A stretch of 64,000 nucleotides of DNA, from positions 52,328,001-52,392,000 of the forward strand of contig NC_042997.1 in assembly GCF_006345805.1 (NCBI RefSeq). The letters are read 5' to 3'. Each line of letters starts with the position of its first letter. Positions within the stretch are counted from its first letter, which is position 1. This DNA comes from Octopus sinensis. Lineage: Eukaryota. The position numbers and the translations under genes are program-made. Below the pieces are notes generated by a model, which saw only the letters and a program-made list of their open reading frames with translations, was not told where the DNA came from and did not search any database. Positions 13,846-26,118 of the stretch are shown in pieces.

Positions 13846-14069
13846 GCGACGAGCTGGCAGAAACGTTAGCACGCCGGGCGAGATGCTTAGCGGTATTTCG
13901 TCTGCCGCTACGTTCTGAGTTCAAATTCCGCCGAGGTCGACTTTGCCTTTCATCCTTTCGAGGTCGATTAAATAAGTACCAGTTATGCACTGGGGTCAAT
14001 AAATAGACTTAATCCGTTTGTTTGTCCCCTCTGTGTGTAGCCCCTTGTGGGGAGTAAAGAAATAAGAAA
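13846..14069 (+). mobile_element. SINE family 2, young full-length copy with 16-bp TSD
   Basis: GCGACGAGCTGGCAGAAACGTTAGC head and (AAGAAAT)n tail; TAAAATGACTACTGTA is duplicated at 13830-13845 and 14070-14085. Confidence 0.9.
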
Positions 14070-14136
14070 TAAAATGACTACTGTAAGATATAGACAAAGG
14101 ATATCCTACTGGTTAAAAGGTTCGCGAGCGAATAGG

Positions 14137-14173
<37 letters not shown>

Positions 14174-14904
14174 TAAGTCATGTTGTCAACATTCTGAAGA
14201 CAGCTCTGTCTCAGAGTGTTAAGCTGAGTATTTTCATTAACAACTTCAAATTCGTCCTGTTATATGAACGCAAGTGTCTCCAGAAAACTTTAAACATCCC
14301 AATTGGTTTTAACCGATGAAAAGAAGCATATTATGGACCATGAATAATGATAATAGCGATCTAAATCACCAGTAAGTTTTCTTCTACACAAGCTTCCACT
14401 ATCAAAATCAACGGCTACGCTTGTACTCAGCCAATAAGAAACTAGTTACATGGTACGGAGTAGAAGTCTGAAGTTAAGCTGGTTACTGATAGATTTTGTG
14501 ATGTAACCACCCACCCTGAAGCGCCGAGTAAGAAAGATTGTAGTATTTAATTATATCCTCTCATGTTCTGAGTTCGGATCACGCTGCTTTCGACTGCTTA
14601 TTATTTTTGTTTTTTCGTTGATCGACAAAATAACAAATACCCTGACCCATTGGAGATGACTGAGTTGCATACACATTGCCGTAACTCTTTTCTCTTTCAT
14701 GATCATCATAACGAGATTCTACGTGTGCTTACAAGGATACAAGAGATTTTAGCATAAGCCGATGGTCATTGTTTTGTAATTATGTAATATGACTAATGGC
14801 TGTACATTTAAACTGTGCATATTTCTGTCCGTTTCATCTCTATTCTTATTCTGCTTCATAGACACACACATATCTCTGCACAGAAGATCTTTCTTTGTAA
14901 ATAT

Positions 14905-15912
14905 ATTGTCATCGTCATTATCATCATTTAATGCCCATACTGGCATAAGTTGGACGGTTTGATCAGAACTGGCAAGCTGGAAAGCAGCACAATGTTCCAG
15001 CCTGATTTGGCATGGTTTCTACGACTGGATGCCCTTCCTTACGCCAACCACTTGACAGAGTGTGCTGAGTGCTTTTACGTGGCACCGGCACAGGACTCTT
15101 GCCGGCCAATCGTCTTCACCAGTGGGAGCGGCCTTATCGCTTCTGCTGTGGGGCACGTGTCTTCTTAAGTACAGTAAGGCGCCAGGCATTTCGCTCTTTT
15201 GTCATCTCGTTTGAAAGATTCATTGTCCTGAGGTCGTTCTTCAGTACTTCGTTCCATGTCTTCCTGGGCCCTCCACTTCCACGTGTTCCATCTACTTTGA
15301 AATATCGGCACTTCTGTATGGAGCTGTCGGCATCTATTCGCATCACGCGACCAAACTAGCACAATCTTCTCTCTTGCACCCTGCATCTAATTCCTCTTAT
15401 GCGTAACTTTTCTCAATACACTAGCACTCTGATGAACGTGTACACTTTTATTACACATCCAGTGGAGAATACTAGCCTCATTCCTCTCTAATCTTTGCCT
15501 GCATCATACAATCTACCTTTCATTCGGAGAGAGAAACCTTTTGTAGCCAACAAAGATAACCGCTCCCTGAATTTCCTTCATCCTATTCTTATTATAGCTC
15601 TCACACCCACTGTGCATCCTCTCCCACTACTAATTTGGTCCCTCGGGTAGCAGAAATTATCTACTACTTCTTATGAGCCACTAGGGCATTTGAGGGAATC
15701 AATTTTCCGAGTCTCTGTAGTTTTTATGGATGCTGTGCATCTTCCAGATACGAACACTGCTTCCTCTGATAGCCCTATTAATCCACTACACCTCTTGTAT
15801 GTCCATTGCTTACAATGAGAGCGCCGTATAGAGTCCCTACATACACCTTTCCTACAAATCGAGCAGGGCCACCTACCTGGAGAGTAGGGTCCTGTCTGTT
15901 TTCTTGCTTATA
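14905..15912 (-). mobile_element. 5'-truncated RTE LINE (C-terminus, 3' UTR, (GAT)n tail)
   Basis: Minus strand encodes GTRGSGGPRKTWNEVLKNDL...WRLTVLKKT. The 3' UTR matches the 61.1-kb element. Confidence 0.8.
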
Positions 15913-16196
15913 GTTTTCGTTTATTTTAAATTGTGTCTCGTTTTCCCCAACTTCTTTCTTCTAATGCTTAGATGAACACATAATCGTTAGTGATCCATCA
16001 GATGGTCGACCAAGCATAATATGTTAGAGATTATAGTTGTGAGTTATGCCTGCTATATATGGGGTGTGGCACAATGAGTAATATTTACTGTATTTTTGAT
16101 TTCGAGGAAAATATATCTTTTACAAATGTTCACTACCTTACAAAAACTATATCAGCTAAGTACATAGCCTTCTCTGAGTGCATTAAAAATGATGTA

Positions 16197-16352
16197 ACAT
16201 CATCATCATCGTTTAACGTCCGCTTTCCATGCCAGCATGGGTTGGACGATTTGACTGAGGTCTGCACCAGATCTGGCAGAGTTTCTACAGCTGAATGCCC
16301 TTCCTAACGGCAACCACTCCGAGAGTATAGTGGGTGCTTTTACGTGCCACTA
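16197..16352 (-). mobile_element. RTE 3' UTR fragment
   Basis: (CAT)n-CGTTTAACGTCCGCTTTCCATGCCAGCATGGGTTGGACG...GGTGCTTTTACGTGCCAC, the same as the 3' end of the 61.1-kb RTE. Confidence 0.75.
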
Positions 16353-17303
16353 GAGTACTATTACAGAAAATTATCTCTGTTCTTTTTAAGCATACAAAGC
16401 AGAAATTCCACTCCCTTAAAATTACGATTGAAGACTCGTACACATTGACATCCGTCCTTAGTCGTTAAGACTTTAAATATCTAGAGCTAATGAATGGGGG
16501 ACATGGCACATATGAAATTAACGAAACTTAACGTAAAATATCTCGGCACGATACAATTAAAAAAGAAAAAAAAATTATTATGAAAGTTCGTCATTACTCA
16601 TTTTGCCCCACTTTGTGCACTTTTTTTCTGAAAATTGAAAATTATCAAATTGGACATTAGTATGAGGGAAAATTGACTTGGAATTGGATAGAGAAAAGAA
16701 TTTTGATTGTTAAGCACCGAAAATTATCCAGGTGTTTTATTTGCAACCGCAATTACAATCGAGTCAAATTTGAGGAAAATTCTCTTGAAAAAAACAGTAC
16801 CTGTCACCTGACTGTGTTTCCGACTTTCCCAACGTCAACAACAACAGCAACAACTACACTGACCAATTTTTACTCCGAAAGATGATGCAACAGTACATAA
16901 ATGTTGATGCAATACTTGCAATGATTTCAAACAAGTTGGGAGAAAATAACAAGTAATCGGAATTACTACTGTTACTCCACATATCCCTTTTGCCTCCCTA
17001 CTTCTCCATGGAGATCTATAGGCGGATATCAGGAATTCAACAGTTGTAGTGAAAGCTAAATATGAAAGCTTTTGAAAACCTGAAAGCTTCCGACTAAACT
17101 GAAAACGTTGCGTTATTTTTTACCCTAGACTCATTGGCAATGGGGAAAAAATGATAATCATCTGTAGCATCGTCTTAGAATTAAACTTGCATTTGCATTC
17201 ATGCTTGATGTTAGACCTTAGCTCAAGCCTATTTCAGCAGACCTGTGGTCAAAGGATTTCCAATTGTAACCATTCATTTTTGTCCGGTGCACATTCGGGA
17301 CTA

Positions 17304-17754
17304 CCGTAAATCCTCGAGTATAATCCGCCTTTGATGAGTATAATACGCAGTGGATTTTTACGGGGATGTACCTCTGAAAAACCTAAACCTTGTGTATAAT
17401 ACGCACCCTTTCTCTAACTTGAGTCAAGGTCTATATAACGTCCTTGGTTTGTAAAACTGTATACGGTAACGTCCTTTATTATTATTGTATATATAACATA
17501 ATGCAAATGTGTAGCTTTTTTGTGCATTTTGTTTGCAGAAAATAAAGAAATAACAGTAATAACGTTTAATAAATGTTGCTTATTGCAAGTTATGGATGAT
17601 TTAAGGTATTTTCGCGCCGACGTCACAAAAAAATAGAGACTCGGACATTGCTTAGAAAATTATTTTCATTTTTAACCTCGTATATAGTACGCACTAAGGA
17701 TTTTGGCCTTTAAATTTTGAGGGGGAAATGCGGGTTATACTCGAGGATTTACGG
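17304..17754. mobile_element. Tc1/mariner(pogo)-type MITE
   Basis: TIRs CCGTAAATCCTCGAGTATAA / TTATACTCGAGGATTTACGG, flanked by TA at 17302-03 and 17755-56; non-coding interior. Confidence 0.8.
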
Positions 17755-18284
17755 TATATCATTTAATGTATCCTTCCCTTTTAAGGCAATGGTTTGTGCT
17801 GTGATGGATATTTAGCTGCTATTTCCAGCAATAGGCGCCCTCGTTAGCTCGTAAACATTGTAGCATATAATCATAGTGGACTCTCTTAAGATATACCTTG
17901 TGAGTTTAACGTATAATGGACCTTTAGTGTTGTTGGTCCTGTCTTCCTGTCTCTGCGCTGTTAAGAGGCACGCTCCATTAACTCAATTTTATACGACTTT
18001 TGAATGTCGATATTTAGTGACACGTTCGTTTATGTTTGTTTAGGAGTGGTTAAATATATGGGCCATTTTCCGTCTACCCAATTTCACCTACGAGGCTTCG
18101 ATAGACTTGAGGCTATAATAAGGCTATAATAAAAGACACTTGCTCTAGATACCACGTAGTGTTTAAGAAACAAGTTCAATTATTCGGTCGCACTGCATCT
18201 GTCTATGTATAACGACCTAACGTATCGATACATATTGTATACCTCTTTGTGTGTGTGTGCATATATATACACACACACACACAC

Positions 18285-18526
18285 ATCAAAGGTAGAACAA
18301 CAAAACCACTTCAAACGGAAACCGTCAAAACACAACATGCAGATAAAGGACGAAAGCACGACAACAGCAAACAGGACAAACCAAGATACACAGCTCATTT
18401 GCAGCCAACTGTTTCTTCAGTTGAAATCCGGAATGTCCGTTTGCCGTTGTCGTGCTTTCATCCTTTACCTGCATGTTGTGTTTTGACGGTTTCCGTTTGT
18501 TATATTTTTTCTGTTCTACCTTTGAT
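18285..18526. mobile_element. Foldback MITE (~90-bp inverted arms)
   Basis: ATCAAAGGTAGAAC...GCACGACAACAGCAAAC is inverted as GTTTGCCGTTGTCGTGC...GTTCTACCTTTGAT, with a ~65-bp spacer. Confidence 0.75.
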
Positions 18527-18556
18527 TTATCCATGCAGCGCTACGTACTTGTTGCT

Positions 18557-18606
<50 letters not shown>

Positions 18607-18849
18607 CGCATAATAAACATAATCAACGTCATTGCGTATTTTTCTTCCTAATAGAAGCTGAACTCGTGACCCTCTTCGTTAATTGTACCACTGAACTATA
18701 CGATCAAAAGAATTATGTGAACATTAAGAAAAGATTTATAGTTTTGCCATACATCATCCTGTATCGCACCTGGACAGTGATGTTTCTTGGAGTTATTAGA
18801 TGTTTCAGGTCTTTCAACAATCAGATACTTTCACAAAAGCAATGAAGCC

Positions 18850-19497
18850 AAGATTGCACTACCCTAGGTAGCGGTCGTCGATCAGGAGGTGCAGGCCCTC
18901 GAAAGAGCTCACAACTCCTGATCCTCAGCTGCCTTGAGGCAATCTCTGCTGCCTCCACAACCAACTTTATGACCTCTAACACTTGGGCTCATGTGACAAC
19001 CAGCACATTGCAGGCTTTGCAAACGGACTACCCACTGAATTTCATCTCCGTAAGATCACACATTGCTTGCGACCCATTGCTTCGGCACAGTTCCACTCAC
19101 TCAGCATATTTCATTCTCTTCAAGATGGAATGAGGAGTTCCAACAGAACCATATGCTTGCATGCTTCTCAGTAGGTCCATGTCTAACCGTAACGATGTTG
19201 AAGCGACAGTTTCTGGGACCTTCAGCTGCTTCCGTAGGTTGACTTTCAGTATCCTTCTTGTGCTGTTGCCAATAAACTGAGGGAAGTGGACTTGACAGCT
19301 GGTATCTTCTTCACACTAACCTTGATGATAATCTTCGTTGGGCGGAGGTACCTGAAATGGTTTATGTCATTGTTGATGTTGTTTGCTGTGACCTTCAGGG
19401 CCGAGCCATATCTTCAGCGGTAGCAACCTTCTCCTAGGGTTTATGGACAGCTACTGAGCATATGCTCCAGGGTCCCTCTGCTCATGCACAGGGCCAA
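18850..19497 (-). mobile_element. 3' fragment of an R2-group (HERO/NeSL-like) non-LTR retrotransposon: zinc knuckle plus restriction-like endonuclease
   Basis: Minus strand reads (A)LCMSRGTLEHMLSSCP*TLGEGCYR*R..., then LLATAQEG..KVNLRKQLKVPETVASTSLRLD and ..ELCRSNG, the HxxSxC knuckle/RLE arrangement of these clades. Frameshifted. Confidence 0.65.
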
Positions 19498-21615
19498 TAT
19501 ATATATTTAGAAGTAAGAAAATCGTTACTTACTTCATCTTCCAGAACCACACCAACTATGGCAACCAACAATATATATCTGTTTTAAATTGATTAATTCT
19601 TTATCACAATTTCATCAATTTAATAGCTATCGATTACTGAAGCAAAATGGACCAGACAAATTTGACCATCGTGATAATATACCAACGTGAATTTGAAAAT
19701 TGAAATGTATTGTTTAATCTTTATAATTGCTAGAAGAAAAAAAAAGTTTAATATTTAAATGTACTCAATAAATTATCAAAAAGCGTATATATATGTGTGT
19801 TAATATGCTTACACAGCAGTTTAGAAAATGGGGAAAATGTGACACAAGCTGCTTAACTACAAGTAGTTATATCCCTTGCATCTTCTGGTGAACTCTGTAT
19901 AGCAGCTGACGAGTAGGTCTCTTATAAATTAATCAACGAAAATCTGAGACTTTCTTTATAACAACAATATGCGAAAGAGAAAGCTCTCCCTCTCTCTCTA
20001 TCTCTCTCTCTAAGTCATTAAGTACTTTGCTCACCGTTTTCTTAGAAGAAAAGCCAGCATAATGGTTAGGGAAGTCAGACTAACCTTTATTCAATATGTG
20101 GCCAGTATTTGTAAACCTACTGATATTTATATACGATATGTTCATTTTGATAGACTCGCATGTATTTAAAATATTTGTCTCTGATTTACTATCACTTAAA
20201 CTCGTTTAGTCACAATTTTATGTGTATAGAGTCGATTGTTAGCTCGCCTGTTCAAAAAACAGAAAAGGGAAGAAAAAGGAAGCTAAAGTTTGTGAACTTA
20301 CAATGTATGCAGACTTAAATGTCAATACACACAGCGTATATAAGCATCTCTATTCCTTCTTTCAAATGTATGAGGCTGTAGAATGACCGAGTGGATAAGA
20401 TAGATATTAGTCTCAGGCCAGTCTGGACGATCATCACCAATTTTTTTTTTCAGGGCTTAAAGCAATTCTAATTGCTCGACTAATAACATAGAGAGAAGCT
20501 CCCTCATTGCCTTTGTTTTTGAGATGTTATTCATGGATGCATGCTCCAACTCATTTATCTGTGATAAACTAGCATCTTATACTGAGGGAAATTTAGCCGA
20601 TAGACTGGCAGAATTATTAGAGCGTTGGATCTTACCGCAGTGTTTAGTTAGGACTCTTCACGTTCAAATTCTACGGAGGTGAACTTCACGCTTTCATCAT
20701 CTGAGATTGGTTAGATAAAGTATGCCTTGTGTCCATATATTTCCTTAATACATCCAAGATGTGAATGGAATTATAAATAAAGCGAGCACTAAGATCTTTC
20801 AACCCTATGCTTAATGCTGTGGCAGCCAAAGCTAATTAACACGTAGCTCGTGACTGAGTATTATGTATGTTGCATAAGCTCGTAGAAATATCATCCTCTC
20901 GGCAAATTTCAGCTAATAAAAATATGAATTTATGCATCATGCATACAGGTAATACGCGCGTGCGCGGTGAAGGTGCTCGGAACCTGATTCTAAAAAAAAC
21001 TTGTAGGTGAATAGGAACTGGGGAGAGTTTGTGAACTGTGACCAAACCTTACTCTGAAACGAATCACGAGGAAGCTGTCTCTAAAAATTTGGGCACAGAA
21101 AGTAACTAATGTATGCATTACTTCGGTGGTACTGTCGTACTTTGTCCCGAGAAACAACTGACCAGATTGGAGCACTTTGCTTTTTAGCTTATAGAACGGA
21201 CTGGTTCCGCTAGTCAGGAAATTCATTAACTGCCAACACCTACTCCGTGATCTCAGGATGCCGTCCCTGATGATGCGCCCAGCATGCTCTGAGGATGACG
21301 CACCTGTAGAAAGAAATATCTGGGTTACTTTTTGAAATGGTTGAAACTGTGAAATTGTCTACCCCATGGTTATAAAATAACCAGTTTTGCCTGTCTCCTG
21401 TTATAATGTGCTTTGTTTATTGTTTGCTATTTATGCTGATCAATAAATATATAAAAGCCACCCTGCTGTACACAAGTGCAGTTTTGTTTTGTGTTAATCA
21501 AGATTGATATTTTGGTCTTGACAGTAGAAATTAAAGTGTAAATATTAGTGACGTGACGATGTTACAATTTTCAGTTCATCTTCATTATGCAATCCTAGTT
21601 AGTTAAGCGAACTCG

Positions 21616-21845
21616 CTAAATATCACCTGGGAAACCTACGATATCCCAAGGACAGAAAGTATAACATGCATATATATATATAAAATACAAAATGGGACAA
21701 GAACTCAAAACATCCGGACAACTAGGTGATATAAAAAGGGACAACAAAACATCCAGATAGACGATACAAAGAAAACAAGGACCAGTCATTCCAAGTTTTC
21801 TATCTTCAATCAAGAACCAGGTTATCCTCGCAATTTTGGCTGATA
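21616..21845 (-). mobile_element. Probable Penelope-type terminal-repeat fragment
   Basis: Minus strand starts (TA)n-TCAGCCAAAATTGCGAGG..., resembling TATATCAGCCGAAACG at 13068. Pyrimidine-rich body like the pLTR copies. Weak support. Confidence 0.35.
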
Positions 21846-21949
21846 TATATATATAGAGAGAGAGAGTGAATGAGTAGACAAACGAAAGAAAGAGGTTCTC
21901 AGCACATTTAGTAGGAGTTACATATACTACTATTTACTTAATAATAATA

Positions 21950-22092
21950 ATAATGGTTTCAAATTTTGGCACAAAACCAGCAATTCCGAAGAGGGGATAA
22001 GTCGATTACATTGACTCAGTGTTCAACTGGTACTTATTTTATCGACCCCGAAAGGCAAAGTCGACTCCGACGGCATTTGAACTCAGAACGTA

Positions 22093-22095
<3 letters not shown>
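21950..22095 (-). mobile_element. SINE family 2 3' half with (ATT)n tail
   Basis: Reverse complement of TTCTGAGTTCAAATGCCGTCGGAGTCGACTTTGCCTTTCGGGGTCGATAAAATAAGTACC. Confidence 0.7.
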
Positions 22096-22124
<29 letters not shown>

Positions 22125-22153
22125 TAGTAGTAGTAGTAGTAGTAGTAGTAATA

Positions 22154-22185
<32 letters not shown>

Positions 22186-22212
22186 TACTACTACTACTAC
22201 TACTACAACAAC
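22094..22212. repeat. Compound microsatellite (GTA)n-(ATT)n-(ACT)n
   Basis: Seen directly in the sequence. Confidence 0.95.
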
Positions 22213-22224
22213 AAAATCGTAGAA

Positions 22225-22415
22225 AGTGACGCAGTCGGAGACTTGCAAAATCCTCTGGGATTTCCCAATCCAAACAGATCAGGTGCTAGAGTGTAACAGA
22301 CCGGACCTAATGGTGGTGGACAAGATGCACCACATGCGCTATGTAGCTAATATTACATGCTCCTTTGACCAACGAATAGTCAAGAAGGAAGGCGAAAAAA
22401 TAGATATATACAATG
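22225..22415 (+). mobile_element. R4/Dong-like LINE fragment (restriction-like endonuclease domain)
   Basis: ETCKILWDFPIQTDQVLECNRPDLMVVDK...NITCSFDQRIVKKEGEKIDIY matches the KILWDF...RPD...KE.EK..Y RLE signature. Confidence 0.7.
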
Positions 22416-23839
22416 GTTATGTGTGTGTGTATATAATATTTATAACAAAATTTTATATCTTGGACATAGAGTTACCCAATAAACCATGAGGTTGCCTCAT
22501 TGGTGCTGCGCCGGGAGGTTCGTGTGTCTTATGTTATCATTTTGCTCAGTTCTTTAGCGTGCTTCTTTCTATGTTTTTTTTTATTAACTATATAACATAT
22601 ATGGCCATTTTGATTTGATATACTCATATGTACTAAATTGAGTTTAGTACATATGAGTATATCAATATTTAGTACATAGAAACCGATGTTTTCGTCCACA
22701 GTGGTAAGAGAAATAACAAGACCAGTTATTTTGCTGTTAGTGGGGTTGCGGTTATGATTGAAACTTATACTGTGGTTTATATTCTATCGTTCACCTTGGC
22801 CTGTGATTCCAAAAACTTTTTCCCCTTCGAATCAGAATCTTGGATTTGAATGATCAAAGGAAACGATTAATGATTAATTTCTCTTTGCTGATCTCAAGAT
22901 AAGATAGTGGTATTCTCAAAATAAGTTTGTAATATGTGATTGTTATTAGATGAATATTTACAGTGATTTACGGGTTTGATGGTTATCAAGGAAAATAAAG
23001 ATGAAAGAATTTAAAAAGTGCTTGAATGCGAGAGAGGTGCAGAGTTCTAGGAAATACATTTATCAAAGGATATGTCGCAGTTACTTTTCGTCATTGGTCT
23101 TTTTATGTCACATGAACCATTGAATTATAGGTATATCATGCAGTATATCTAGATCGAGCATGGGCAATTTTTTCTTTTCTTTTTTTTTTTTCTTTCTGAG
23201 AAGCGGCCGCATGAGACATAACTCGTCACAAGGCGGACAGCACCACGAAAAAAATTCAAAGTAATTTTGGGCCACCTCCAAAATTATTCATTAAAGGAAT
23301 AATTACCCTAAACCTAAATCTAATGTTTAAGGTATTTTTGAAGATTATGTTAATGATTTTAGAGGTCGATATCATTGAAGCTGTAAAGGGTGGTATATTA
23401 GCAGAACTGGTATAGTCACCAACAGAATACTTTGTATTATCTAGTTACGTTCCTTTATATATCATCATAAAGATTATGAATTTATTGTGTACAGTGCTGA
23501 GGCGCACTACAACTCGTCGAAAAAGGGTAAAGGAACGGACAGATAATAACTGTTATATCCTTATGGGTAAACGTAACAATAATCTTTTAAGAACCAGCAA
23601 TCCAACTAGAACCGTAAACTTTGAACTCCAACTTTGAATTATCAACACACGAATTGTGGAACTAGCACGATGATTTTATTGAAACCACAAAGGTTAATCA
23701 AAGAGGGGATAAATGGGGTCGGGGACTTATCGAATGATATTAAATATATATGAATAAATACATTATAATTTCAGATGAAAATGAAACAATGTATGACGCG
23801 GAATATGTTTGACCCTACCAACCACATTCCTGCGTTGAA

Positions 23840-24712
23840 CCGTTTATTTCATCCGTTTTTTACTTCGCTTAACTAGGCGCTTACATACCCAACATTCGGG
23901 CTACTTTTTTCTCTCTACTTTCGTACTCTTTTGCCGACAGGCATTTCTTCTCCAGACATGCTTTCCCTCTCAGGTGATATAAAAAGAGGTTATCCATAGC
24001 ATGCCCGGAGACGAAGGTGCCTGAATGATACCTTTTCCACGCGTCTTCCATATCACCTCTTTCGCTATAGCTATTACGGCTTTTAGAGGAGATGGCGGAA
24101 CGATCTTAATAATCGATTCGGCTGACAACCGTACTCTCCCCAGCTGTAACAGTACCTGTTCGGTAGAAACCCACAGGTCTGAGAGACACGGACACTGTAC
24201 GATTGCATGCAGAACAGTTTTGTTGCTCTATCCGCAACGTGGGCACGTAGGCGACACCGTGATGCCGTGCCTCGCGAGTTTATCCCGAACTGGCGAGGCA
24301 CTTCGGAAGCACAGCGAAGCCAGGGACCTCTGAAAGTTGTCTATAGGTCCCGGGCCGAAAGTCCTTCGATGCAGGTTGGCAAGCTGACTTTCATCGAAAC
24401 CCAGAGTCTCACCCAGGCCGTCGTCACACTTGCCCTCTACCAGCCCTCTATAGTACGCCGAGGCGGTACCCCTTCCGATGGCATTGCCCGTTCGGGAGAG
24501 AAGCACGAGCGCCTGTTGACACTGCTTGCCAAGCTCCCGGTCTTGGTCTATGCCTCATCCAGCTTTCCAGTCCACCAAAAGAAGTGAACCTGGGAAATAT
24601 CTCGACAACGAACAGAGACCACACCTGCTCACCGTCCAGGTAGAGCCAAAGATGCCTCAACCTCAACGCATACCTGCGCATATTTAGCCACGGCATCCCT
24701 AACTCACCCTTT
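23840..24712 (-). mobile_element. 5'-truncated Tx1-like LINE 3' fragment
   Basis: GELGMPWLNMRRYALRLRHLW...TFGPGPIDNFQRSLA...PVRDKLARHG..VSPTCPRCG; homologous to 7150-7600 of the 4.2-7.8-kb element. Confidence 0.75.
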
Positions 24713-26118
24713 AGCAGTTGTTGGCAGAACCTTCATCCTTGCCATTCCTGGATGTCCACTGTTAAATTGTTGCAATACATCTTTTTGTAATGTAGTTGGA
24801 ACCACCACTCTTTGAGCATACATCAGAATACCGTCACAAATTAAGAAACTACTGGCATCTGAGTTTTTATTCTGTTAATTTTTAAAGCTTCTTTTATTTT
24901 CGTAATATACTTATTACCTACAACTTTCATTCTTGTATCCTGTGCTGTCACTGGTAGTTCTTGGATAACGTTCGTCATAACACTTTTAATTTCACTTTCT
25001 GTCTGCAGTGCAGCTATAACAGTCTCTTCTAGTGGTTCCATATTTTTAGAAATTAATCTCGAAAGGCAGTCTGCATGACCGTTTTCTTTTTTCTTTTCTT
25101 TTTTTTTTTTTCGCTGGAATCTATTGCATTTTCAAATTATAATTTAGTAATATTACACCCCAACGTTGCAGGCGGTTTGCAATAGGAGTCGGTAACCCTT
25201 TTTTAGAACCATAAATCGACAGCAAAGGTCTATGGTCTGTTTGCAATAAAAAAAAATTCTGCGGTGCAGAAACCTGTGGAATTTTTTAACTGCAAAAGTA
25301 GTTGCTAAGGCTTTTTTTTCTTTTTTTCCAGTTTGTCTATATCTCTTCTCTACCGCTGTTAGCGAGCGCGAAACATGAATCACTGGTTTTGTATGCCCGT
25401 CTTTGTATTTATGAAGTAGAACTACACTTAATCCGTGCTCGGAAGCATCAGACGCTACACTGATGTCCATTTTGAGATTATAATGTGCTAACGACAAGGC
25501 GGCGAGCTGGCAGAAACGTTAGCACGCCGGGCGAAATGCGTAGCCGTATTTCGTCTGCCGTTGCGTTCTGGGTTCAAATTCCGCCGAGGTCGACTTTGCC
25601 TTTCATCCTTTCGGGGTCGATAAATTAAGCACCAGTTACGCACTGGGGTCGATGTAATCGACTTAATCCGTTTGTCTGTCCTTGTTTGTCTCCTCTGTGT
25701 TTAGCCCTTTGTGGGTAGTAAAGAAATATATAATGTGCTAACAACAGGTCTGAGATTAGAATTCTTTTTTTATTTCTTCAAAAGTGTTCTGGCATTTAGT
25801 AGACCAATTCCACTTTGCTTCATTTTTTAACAAGTCGTTCAATAGAGCTCTCAGTTTGTGCATATTAGGAATGTAGTTTTGGTAGTAGTTTGCCAGCCTA
25901 AGAAATACTTGTAAAAGTTGAAATATTTGTCGGCGCAGGCATATTACTTATTGCTTTTGCTCTCGACAGGCCAGGACATCTGCAATTTTTATCAATTATT
26001 TGCCCTAAGTACTTAATTTGGAGTAGAAAGAATTCGCATTTTTCTTCACTCAAAGTGGTCCCGAAAACTTTAATTTTCTTAAACACAGCTCTATGTGTTC
26101 CACAAGCCGTTCACGAGA
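24713..26118 (-). mobile_element. Ty3/Gypsy LTR-retrotransposon pol remnant (RT end, RNase H, integrase N-terminus), split by a SINE
   Basis: LSEEKCEFFLLQIKYLGQIID (RT), VASDASEHGLSVVLLH...HVSRSLTAVEKRY (RNase H), HADCLSRL and GHPGMARMK (integrase Zn region), in Gypsy domain order. No LTRs seen. Confidence 0.85.
25497..25728 (+). mobile_element. SINE family 2, young full-length copy inserted in the Gypsy remnant, ~18-bp TSD
   Basis: TATAATGTGCTAAC(G/A)ACA at 25479-25496 and 25729-25746; AAGAAAT tail. Confidence 0.9.

Noticed and set aside
18249-18845. 198-aa ORF
   Set aside because: Runs through (CA)n, a MITE and (TA)n; composition-driven.
19533-19578. Minus-strand 46-nt candidate exon (acag|...YILLVAIVGVVLEDE|gtaagt)
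   Set aside because: Good splice signals and a hydrophobic peptide, but no partner exons or homology. Such pairs arise by chance in this much AT-rich DNA; RNA-seq is needed.
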